16,281 bases of DNA from an uncultured bacterium (lineage in GTDB: Bacteria > T1Sed10-126). The stretch spans positions 1 to 16,281 of the forward strand of contig CAZMIT010000032.1 of NCBI GenBank assembly GCA_964566495.1. Direction: 5' to 3'. Within the stretch, counting starts at the first letter, position 1, and each line of letters starts with the position of its first letter. The translations under genes and the position numbers were made by a program. The notes under the pieces are model-generated. The model saw nothing but the letters and a program-made list of their open reading frames with translations. It searched no databases and was not told where the DNA came from. This document shows, piece after piece, positions 1 to 6,531 of this stretch.

Positions 1-313
1 GTAATCCCTGTTCGTCCTCGTTAGCGCCCGGCCCCTCACCAACAACCATCACCCGGGCCCCGACGTCACCTTCACCAAAAACCACGTTAGTTCTATTTTC
101 GCTAAGGCGACAATCCATGCAATCAGAAATCTCAACAGCCAGCCGGTCAAGTTCTTCCGAGTTGCCAGGAGAAATTTTATCTTCCGTTTGCTGCAAATTA
201 ACTTCACCTTCCGTTTCTCTTTCACCGGCATACACCGGTTGTGATGGGGGTTCGCGATTCGTCTGCGCACAAATGTAGCGTCGTAATTCGTAAGCAAGTC
301 GTCTCTTGTCCAT
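1..313 (-). CDS. Uracil-DNA glycosylase family 4 ([4Fe-4S] UDG), 5' part; runs off the left edge of the window
   Basis: Not in the ORF track. Manual translation from ATG at 313 (AAGGGA SD-like sequence upstream) gives MDKRRLAYELRRY...EISDCMDCRLSENRTNVVFGEGDVGARVMVVGEGPGANEDEQGL with no stop. The CxxC-L...VFGEG...VGEGPGxxED signature is that of family-4 UDG. Confidence 0.93.
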   Translation of the reverse strand, partial: MDKRRLAYELRRYICAQTNREPPSQPVYAGERETEGEVNLQQTEDKISPGNSEELDRLAVEISDCMDCRLSENRTNVVFGEGDVGARVMVVGEGPGANEDEQGL

Positions 314-375
314 AAAACATCCCTTTAGAACAATTCTATATTTAAAAAGATTTTAACAGAGCCGAAAAAGCTAAA

Positions 376-587
376 GTAACCGTTTAGCGCCCCCGGGGTG
401 TTGTGGGATTGAACGTCATTGTCCGACTTGACCGGACAATCCAGTGGCTTTGACGTTGACTTTAGACCTATTAAATTCAAAGCCGCTGGATTCCCGTTTC
501 CACGGGAATGACGGTCAAGACCTCACGGACGTTGTTACCGGGACACCATTTGTTCTGAGAACCACAGTGAAGGCGCTAAATAATTAC
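376..587. mobile_element. 212-bp non-autonomous element (MITE) with IS66-like ends
   Basis: Left end GTAACCGTTTAGCGCC (376-391) and right end GGCGCTAAATAATTAC (572-587) are inverted repeats matching at 13/16. An exact 8-bp direct repeat AAGCTAAA flanks both ends (368-375, 588-595). GTAA termini with 8-bp duplications are characteristic of IS66-family elements. No transposase is encoded. Confidence 0.8.
414..513. repeat. Inverted pair of CGTC-type REP-like palindromes (REPIN-like doublet)
   Basis: CGTCATTGTCCGACTTGACCGGACAATCCAG (414-444; stem ATTGTCCG/CGGACAAT) faces CTGGATTCCCGTTTCCACGGGAATGACG (486-513; stem ATTCCCGT/ACGGGAAT, an ATTCCC-N8-GGGAAT dRS3-like core). The inner arms ATCCAGTGGCTTTGA (439-453) and TCAAAGCCGCTGGAT (477-491) pair at 14/15. 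Confidence 0.85.
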
Positions 588-605
588 AAGCTAAATATAA
601 GTATT

Positions 606-1823
606 TTAATTGTTTATTTGGGTGGCTTTAAGGCTGTCGAGCGCGAGCCAGATCTGCAGAGCTAAATCAAGTTTGCTGCGGCGTCCGAAGTCGTATGTTT
701 TGCCGGTGTTTGTCAATAGCTGCAGGTGATTGTCAGTGGAGCCGAAGGCCTCCTTCGAGATGGCGTTAAGGACGATAGCGTCCAGTTTTTTAGCACGTAA
801 TTTTTCGCGGGCGGCACCGGGATTCAGTTCCTGTTGAGCGGCGAAACCCAGAAAAAATTTATCAGGAAACTCGGTTTTAAGTGTCGAGATAACATCAGGA
901 TTTTTTTCAAGTTCAAGCGATAAATCTTCAGTGCCGGAAGCTATTTTGCCGTCCACTTCTTGGGGCCGGTAATCGGCGACGGCGGCCGCGCCAACAAACC
1001 CATCCATCTCGGGCAGAAGTTCACGAGAACTGTTCAACATGTCGCGGGCGGTTTCAATTTTTATCGTATTATACAAACAATCGGGATAATGGCGGGGCAG
1101 TTTTGAAGAAATATAATTTATTTCAGCTCCAAGCATTGCACCGACGCGGGCCAGCGCCTCACCCATGCGACCGCTGGAACGGTTGGTAAGGTAGCGTATA
1201 TCATCCCAGGCTTCAAGCGTCGGTCCGCCGCTAATTAATAAGGAAAAATTTTTAAGAAGCTGCGGCCAGAGACGCGCTGTGAGGATTTCAACAATATGTT
1301 CCGGTTCCGGCAGACGTCCTTCCCCCTGGCCACCACAGGCGAGACGTCCGGACGACGGTGTAATTATTTTATCTTGATTTTCAGCAACCAGACTCTGCAA
1401 ATGAGGATTTTGCCACATCGTTTCGTGCATCGCCGGGGCGTAATAGACGGGACCGTCAAAAGTATAGAGAACTGTGTTGAAGAGGTCATCAGCAGTCGGG
1501 TTTTGGAGCTGAAGAAGCCGGTTAGCGGTTGCCGGAGCGACAAGGATACAATCGGCTTTATCGAGAGCTTCTATGTGGACGATACGGTTTAACTGGCGCT
1601 GCTGTAGTTCATCGTTCAGAACCTCATTGCCGGTCAGGACAGCAGCGGTGCGCGGAGCAAAATATTCGCTCCCCTCCGCAGTAAAAAGAACCTGTACTTC
1701 GGCTCCCTTATCCTGCAGATGACGGATTATTCGATCGGCCTTACAGGCGGCTATACTTCCACAAACTGCAAGAATTATATGTTTATTTTTCAGGGCGAGT
1801 GAAGCGGAGAGGGCGGTCGACAT
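606..1823 (-). CDS. coaBC: Bifunctional phosphopantothenoylcysteine decarboxylase / phosphopantothenate-cysteine ligase
   Basis: GSIAAxKA, APATAN, PAMHxxMW and LACGxxGxGRL in the CoaC half; GGPTxE...RYLTNRSSGRMG, AAVADY, GFAA and KKLDAIVLN in the CoaB half. Start overlaps the gmk stop (TAATG). Confidence 0.96.
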   Translation of the reverse strand: MSTALSASLALKNKHIILAVCGSIAACKADRIIRHLQDKGAEVQVLFTAEGSEYFAPRTAAVLTGNEVLNDELQQRQLNRIVHIEALDKADCILVAPATANRLLQLQNPTADDLFNTVLYTFDGPVYYAPAMHETMWQNPHLQSLVAENQDKIITPSSGRLACGGQGEGRLPEPEHIVEILTARLWPQLLKNFSLLISGGPTLEAWDDIRYLTNRSSGRMGEALARVGAMLGAEINYISSKLPRHYPDCLYNTIKIETARDMLNSSRELLPEMDGFVGAAAVADYRPQEVDGKIASGTEDLSLELEKNPDVISTLKTEFPDKFFLGFAAQQELNPGAAREKLRAKKLDAIVLNAISKEAFGSTDNHLQLLTNTGKTYDFGRRSKLDLALQIWLALDSLKATQINN

Positions 1824-2464
1824 TATATTTCCGGCAGTCCCTCTTTAATTCGGTGTAGACGCAACTTTTCGGCACAGCGGATCGATTCTATTTCGTCAAC
1901 TGCTTCCTCAACAGTATCATTAACGACGACGTAGTCATAATTGTGAATAGCCTGCAATTCATCGCGAGCATTAGTAAGGCGACGCTTTATCTCTTCTTCA
2001 GACTCAGTTGCCCGAGCCCGCAAACGCCGTTCTAATTCACTCATGTTTGGAGGAACAATAAAAATCATTACCGCGGCGGGATAAAGTCCTCGAATTTGAT
2101 CCCCCCCCTGAACATCAATATCAAGCATGACGTCATTATCCCGTTCAAGTTCATCCAACACAGCCGAGCGCGAGGTGCCGTAATACTCATCGTGAACCCG
2201 AGCCCACTCAAGAAAATCATCTGATTCAATCATATTTTCAAATTTTTCTTCCCCAACGAAATGATAGTCCACCCCCTCCTCCTCATGCGTCCTCGGCGGA
2301 CGGGTAGTGGTGGATACAGAAAAAACGAGGTCCGGGTTTTTCTTGAGAAGCTGCCGACATATAGTTGACTTACCGGCTCCAGAAGGAGCTGAGATAACCA
2401 GCAGGAGGGGCGGCTTGGGCAGAGAAAATATATCTTCCGGAGAAAAACTATTATTTTTGTTCAT
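1823..2464 (-). CDS. gmk: Guanylate kinase
   Basis: P-loop SAPSGAGKST, SVSTTTRPPR...EGVDYHFV, FLEWARVH...YYGT, LDIDVQG, RRLRARATE. Start overlaps the yicC stop (ATGA). Confidence 0.97.
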   Translation of the reverse strand: MNKNNSFSPEDIFSLPKPPLLLVISAPSGAGKSTICRQLLKKNPDLVFSVSTTTRPPRTHEEEGVDYHFVGEEKFENMIESDDFLEWARVHDEYYGTSRSAVLDELERDNDVMLDIDVQGGDQIRGLYPAAVMIFIVPPNMSELERRLRARATESEEEIKRRLTNARDELQAIHNYDYVVVNDTVEEAVDEIESIRCAEKLRLHRIKEGLPEI

Positions 2465-3336
2465 TCCAGATTCTTCACCTGTTCTCTACATTTTTCAAGT
2501 TCGGTTTTAATATCAACAGCCAGCTGGCTGATTTTAGCATCATTCCCTTTTGCACCAATAGTATTGACTTCACGCTGAATCTCCTGAAGCAAAAACTCAA
2601 GATTTCGACCCACTGGTTCAGAATTTTTAAGATTTCCCTCAAACTGAGCGAGATGGCTTCGCACCCGGGATAGTTCCTCACTAATGTCACATTTTTCAGC
2701 GTAATTTTCCAGTTCTTTCTTTAATCGGTTCTCTTTTTCTTCCCCGGCCAGGTCCAGAATTGATTCCACAGATTCTAATATATTTTCCCGGTAACGGGCA
2801 AGGGCTTCTGGAACCCGAGCTTCAATTTTGTCGACATGATTACGAATATTTTCAAGCCAATCAAGCAGGTCACTGGCAATCGTCCGCCCCTCTTCGCGGC
2901 GCGTGTCGACAAGCTTTTGGACCGCCTTGCCAACCGCCTTCTCCAGCAGTGCTTCAGCCCTTTCGTCGGTCTCGGAAACGGTATAAATATCCACAACACC
3001 AGGCAGGGAAAGTAATTCCGTAGCACCTACCTCCGAAGCCACTACTTCCTCTTCAGCAGTCAGCTCAGAAATGATTTCTAAATATTTAGAAACAGTATTG
3101 GAGTCGACGGCCGGCAGCTCCTGTTCCCGGGCCAGCACATTACTCTCCACTTTAACAAAAATCGTGCCGCGACGAATCTTTTTGGAGACGCGGTCTCTTA
3201 TTTTTTTCACCAGCCCCGCCTGATCAAGGTTACATTTAATTTTTTTATGCCTGCGGTTAACGGAGGTAATCTCCACGCGCACAAAAACCTCGCCTTCTTC
3301 AACACTCGCCTCGCCGTAACCAGTCATACTCTGCAT
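2461..3336 (-). CDS. yicC: YicC/YloC family endoribonuclease
   Basis: N-terminal SMTGYG, SVNRR, RG; C-terminal DISEELSR..SH, GRNLEFLLQEIQREVNTIGAK and EKCREQVKNLE. Position upstream of gmk is typical. Confidence 0.95.
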   Translation of the reverse strand: MQSMTGYGEASVEEGEVFVRVEITSVNRRHKKIKCNLDQAGLVKKIRDRVSKKIRRGTIFVKVESNVLAREQELPAVDSNTVSKYLEIISELTAEEEVVASEVGATELLSLPGVVDIYTVSETDERAEALLEKAVGKAVQKLVDTRREEGRTIASDLLDWLENIRNHVDKIEARVPEALARYRENILESVESILDLAGEEKENRLKKELENYAEKCDISEELSRVRSHLAQFEGNLKNSEPVGRNLEFLLQEIQREVNTIGAKGNDAKISQLAVDIKTELEKCREQVKNLE

Positions 3337-3357
3337 TTTAGAATCACTCTTAACTCT

Positions 3358-3723
3358 TTAATTTTCAAAAGTCAACTCAGCATACGCTTTTGCCTGCTCG
3401 ATCAATTTTTCCGGTTGAAACGGTTTCAGAACATAATCTTCCAGCCCATAATCCAGGTAGGAAGCAAGGTCACTTTCTGACCACCGGGGGGTCACAATCC
3501 CAACAACAGGATCATCCTGGGCAGCAATCCATTTTTTCAAAACGTTGCTATCTGGCTTAAGTTCAAGATAGACCAGACCAAAACGTTGATTTTTTGCCAG
3601 CTCGCGGAGACTACTAAAAGAATCCAGCTTGATAAGATCAGCCGGCCAGGTAGAAGTCAGAATTTCATGAAGAAACTCCGCCTGGCTGCGCGAGTCAACC
3701 TGTATTGCCAGTGGTATTTTCAT
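3358..3723 (-). CDS. Single-domain CheY-like receiver protein, degenerate (Asp-less pseudo-receiver)
   Basis: 121 aa with alternating beta/alpha pattern. C-terminal YLDYGLEDYVLKPFQPEKL is typical of REC beta5-alpha5. Beta3 reads LVYLE with Glu at the phospho-Asp position. Start overlaps the upstream stop (TGATG). Confidence 0.7.
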   Translation of the reverse strand: MKIPLAIQVDSRSQAEFLHEILTSTWPADLIKLDSFSSLRELAKNQRFGLVYLELKPDSNVLKKWIAAQDDPVVGIVTPRWSESDLASYLDYGLEDYVLKPFQPEKLIEQAKAYAELTFEN

Positions 3724-4181
3724 CAGCCTGCCGTCCGGGAGCGGTTAAATTTAATAATAACATCAACTTCGCCCTGTTTTAGACCAAGTTCCTCAGCAAT
3801 TTCATCCACCGAATATCCCATCTCCGACATTTCAAGAACTTTTTCCCGACAGGAACGCCGGGCCGAGTTAGAACTCTGTTTCTCTGCCTGATCTGTCTCG
3901 TGCTTCAATTTTTTCCTGGCGCCCTGGACTCTGTCAATCAGCTTATTCAACTTGTCAATTTTCAGGTCGGCCAGCTCCACCACCCGACGTAACTCATCAG
4001 TTTTCTCCTCCAGCATCTCAATGTTGTTGGAAGAAACTGCATTGAACTCAGACAACAGGCCGCTGACCCGGTTTGAGAGATTATCTACGCTCATTTTCCG
4101 TTCCTTGCGAAGCCTCCAGTATATTATGAGAATCAGAACAACGGCGACCAGAGACAAAACAAGGGACAGAAAAGCCAGCAC
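3723..4181 (-). CDS. Single-pass membrane protein with coiled coil and C-terminal HTH-like tail (SwrB/YlxL, DUF6115/DUF2802-like)
   Basis: GTG start; N-terminal hydrophobic helix followed by RLRKERK; heptad-like middle region; tail KVLEMSEMGYSVDEIAEELGLKQGEVDVIIKF. It lies downstream of the sigma-28 gene, as swrB does relative to sigD in Bacillus subtilis. Confidence 0.65.
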   Translation of the reverse strand: MLAFLSLVLSLVAVVLILIIYWRLRKERKMSVDNLSNRVSGLLSEFNAVSSNNIEMLEEKTDELRRVVELADLKIDKLNKLIDRVQGARKKLKHETDQAEKQSSNSARRSCREKVLEMSEMGYSVDEIAEELGLKQGEVDVIIKFNRSRTAG

Positions 4182-4261
4182 AGACCTTCACCTACCTGAA
4201 GGGAAGCTTTTATTAAATTGTTATAGTTTACGTCCCCGAGACAGGGTTTTAACCAGGGGGG

Positions 4262-4588
4262 CTACGTCGTCACGTCGAGGAAACTGCCTCTTTCCGGGTC
4301 TTCCGGGGACGAAGCTGCGTCGGCCCCCTCCTCTTCCTCTTCTTCTTCCTCTTCAGCCCCACCCCCGGAACTGTGGTAGCCGCCAGCGTGCCCTGTAGTT
4401 TCTTCGTCAATCTCATCTCCTTCGGCGGCTTCGTCCGATATATTTTCTTCCAATCTTTTTTCTTCTATATTTTTTTGGGCCTGATCCTCCTGGGCCCGCT
4501 CTTTTTTTTCGTTAGCCGCGGCAGACTCGTCCGCTACCCTGCCCGCCTGCTGAAAGGTAACCTGCAGGTCTATCGGAGAAAACGGCAC
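4262..4588 (-). CDS. Small acidic hypothetical protein downstream of fliA
   Basis: GTG start with GGGAGG upstream. 108 aa with 33 D/E versus 8 K/R by my count and a run of nine Glu. The ends SPIDLQV and RGSFLDVTT look constrained and resemble small flagellar-locus hypotheticals. Confidence 0.7.
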   Translation of the reverse strand: MPFSPIDLQVTFQQAGRVADESAAANEKKERAQEDQAQKNIEEKRLEENISDEAAEGDEIDEETTGHAGGYHSSGGGAEEEEEEEEEGADAASSPEDPERGSFLDVTT

Positions 4589-4622
4589 TGTTACCTGCCC
4601 TCCCAGGAGCCTGATTTAAAAA

Positions 4623-5411
4623 TTATAAAGTTTCTGAACAAGCCTCTTCGTAATGTGAGAGCCTACTACGCAAAGTTGTCATTGCTTTGCTATGGATTTG
4701 AGAAACACGGGATTCGGTAACGTCAAGCACCTCGCCTATTTCCCGTAACGTCAAATCCTCATAGTAATAAAGTGTCACAACAGTCCGTTCATTTTCCGGC
4801 AGCTCCCTGATTTCATCAGCGAGAAGCTGCTTAAGTTCCTCATTGTCAACAACATTCCCGGGTTCATATTTTTCATCACCTTCGATAACTTCCTGCAGCG
4901 CCACCTCGTCCTCGTCGTCATCGACGTTCCACATTTCATCGAGTGAAAGCAAACTGGTGCCGCTAATTTCAACAAGAAGCTCGTCCAGTTCCTCACGTGT
5001 CATCCCCATGTGGTCAGCAATCTCATCCTTATCAACCGAGCGACCATGACGATTTTCAAGCTCACGGATAGCGTTCTGGACCCGACGAGCTTTCCGACGT
5101 ATTGAGCGGGGAATCCAATCACGGGCCCGAAGCTCATCCAGCACCGCACCGCGCACCCTGGGGATAGCGTAAGTTTTAAACTTAATTCCCCGTTCATAGT
5201 CGAATTTTTCTATGGCATCAATCAGCCCCAGTGTCCCGTACCCGATTAAATCGTCAAATTCGACGTTAGGGGGCATTTTTTTGCAAACCTTCCCCACGAC
5301 GTGTTTGACCAGCGGTGAATACTGTACAATCAGTTCATCGCGAGCTTGCATATCCCCCTCCTCTTTGTAACGACGCCAGTATTCATATTCATTCTCCAGC
5401 TTCTCAACCAC
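4623..5411 (-). CDS. fliA: RNA polymerase sigma-28 factor, FliA/WhiG/SigD family
   Basis: ARDELIVQYSPLVK, DDLIGYGTLGLIDAIEKFD, KFKTYAIPRVRGAVLDELRARDWIPRSIR, LYYYEDLTLREIGEVLDVTESRVSQIHSKA. GTG start with GGAGGT SD at 5418-5423. Confidence 0.96.
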   Translation of the reverse strand: MVEKLENEYEYWRRYKEEGDMQARDELIVQYSPLVKHVVGKVCKKMPPNVEFDDLIGYGTLGLIDAIEKFDYERGIKFKTYAIPRVRGAVLDELRARDWIPRSIRRKARRVQNAIRELENRHGRSVDKDEIADHMGMTREELDELLVEISGTSLLSLDEMWNVDDDEDEVALQEVIEGDEKYEPGNVVDNEELKQLLADEIRELPENERTVVTLYYYEDLTLREIGEVLDVTESRVSQIHSKAMTTLRSRLSHYEEACSETL

Positions 5412-5464
5412 GGTTTTACCTCCGCTTACATAGAGTTACGTACTCTACAAAAAAATATCTGCCT

Positions 5465-5483
5465 ATTTGTATTATATACAAAT
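5465..5483. promoter_or_regulatory. Perfect palindrome over the fliA -10 box, putative operator
   Basis: ATTTGTAT-TAT-ATACAAAT: 8-bp perfect inverted repeat with a 3-bp spacer, covering the -10 hexamer. Confidence 0.5.
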
Positions 5484-5499
5484 GTGCCTATTATGTCAC
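5471..5499 (-). promoter_or_regulatory. Sigma-70/sigma-A type promoter upstream of fliA
   Basis: Minus strand reads GTGACA (5499-5494), 17 bp, TATAAT (5476-5471): a 5/6 match at -35 and a perfect -10, about 60 bp upstream of the fliA start. Confidence 0.72.
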
Positions 5500-5617
5500 A
5501 AATTACCACCCTTATAAAAAAAGAGCTGCCAGCACAGCATAGTCTTCATCGTTTACTCTCCCACAGCTTTAATTTCCAATACGGGAATAAGGAACGCTCA
5601 ACAGTAGCGATATACAC

Positions 5618-6055
5618 TTATTCCTCCGAAATAGACCCTTTAATTACATCAGCTAATTGCTCAGCGCTTTCTTCATTAATTTCATCGACGGGCATTTCGG
5701 AATCCTCTTCCGCTTCGACGTCGGACGACATGGGTGACTGGTCGGGGTCAGTGCTTTTTGATTTCTCATCATCTGACTCCTGTTCCGCTTCCACGGCCCC
5801 CTCTTCATCGACAATTTTTTCACGAGTTGCGGCTTTTTTAGAAGCACCATCGCCGGCGGCTGTCCCCTTTTCCCGCTCAGCTTCCAGAAAAATCTGTATT
5901 GATTTCTGGGCAAAGGCAATTGCAACCGAGACACCTGCTCCCACCAGAAACGCTCGCCAGATGTAAGGTAGAGGATGTCGTAGTAGCCAGCGGGCGTTAT
6001 AAAACAGTACGAAAAAAGCGGTTAAGATCCCAATCAAAATAACTTTAAGATTCAT
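5618..6055 (-). CDS. Hypothetical membrane protein (two N-terminal TM helices, acidic linker, C-terminal helix)
   Basis: Hydrophobic segments VILIGILTAFFVLFY and IWRAFLVGAGVSVAIAFA, then a D/E/S-rich linker, ending in EESAEQLADVIKGSISEE. Overlaps the upstream gene by 11 bp. Confidence 0.75.
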   Translation of the reverse strand: MNLKVILIGILTAFFVLFYNARWLLRHPLPYIWRAFLVGAGVSVAIAFAQKSIQIFLEAEREKGTAAGDGASKKAATREKIVDEEGAVEAEQESDDEKSKSTDPDQSPMSSDVEAEEDSEMPVDEINEESAEQLADVIKGSISEE

Positions 6056-6470
6056 CTTTTTTCACAAGCTGCCAGTTGTAAAGAGATTTTAACCTAGTTT
6101 CAGCCAGAGAGGTTTGAAGTTTGACCTCTACCCGGCAATCGTTGCTTTCCCGCAGCTCCGCCTCAAGAGATTTTAGCCTTTTTTCCAGTATCTTTCGCCG
6201 CTGATCAGGAAAGAGTTCAAACTCATCCATAACCAATTCCATTACCCGACTCTGTTCCCCTCCGCCCTGCCGCAGGTAAAGACGCAATGGTTTCAGTGGG
6301 TCATTAGCATTATTTTCCAGCCCTTTTTCAGTCTGAACAAGGGCTCGAGATAAGGCCGGTTGATCGCCGGCTGTCATGACCTGCTGACGCAATTTTTTAA
6401 CCTCATCTGCAGTTGGCAACTGAGGCGCGTCTATCCATGAGATTACCTTGTTTTTTAGTTCTGATTTCAA
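6045..6470 (-). CDS. Hypothetical soluble helical protein
   Basis: 141-aa ORF with TTG start and GAGGGAG SD-like sequence upstream. It fills the gap after flhG in operon orientation and has a coiled-coil-like C-terminus. No family recognised. Confidence 0.65.
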   Translation of the reverse strand: MKSELKNKVISWIDAPQLPTADEVKKLRQQVMTAGDQPALSRALVQTEKGLENNANDPLKPLRLYLRQGGGEQSRVMELVMDEFELFPDQRRKILEKRLKSLEAELRESNDCRVEVKLQTSLAETRLKSLYNWQLVKKDES

Positions 6471-6531
6471 AACTAAACTCCCTCAATTCTATGAGTTAAG
6501 TTCACTCTGAAAACCCCACTTTGAAGTGAAC

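Noticed and set aside
49..297. 82-aa minus-strand ORF (MLTNYDAT...)
   Set aside because: Off-frame shadow of the UDG gene, whose frame carries the recognisable motifs.
414..513. Possible CRISPR repeats, tRNA or attC site
   Set aside because: Only two units, inverted and non-identical, with no spacer periodicity, no tRNA cloverleaf or T-loop motif, and no cas or integrase gene nearby.
444..665. 73-aa plus-strand ORF containing LDSRFHGND
   Set aside because: That peptide is just the translation of the CGTC-type palindrome. The ORF crosses the MITE end and overlaps coaBC antisense.
1410..1440. CoaC motif PAMH instead of PAMN as a sign of inactivation
   Set aside because: PAMH is a known natural variant in CoaBC proteins, and the catalytic Cys motif (LACG) is intact.
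5431..5456. Hairpin TAGAGT/ACTCTA next to an A7 tract as an intrinsic terminator
   Set aside because: On the coding strand the U-tract precedes the stem, and on the plus strand the stem is followed by A's, so it fits neither orientation. At most it is a 5'-UTR stem of fliA.
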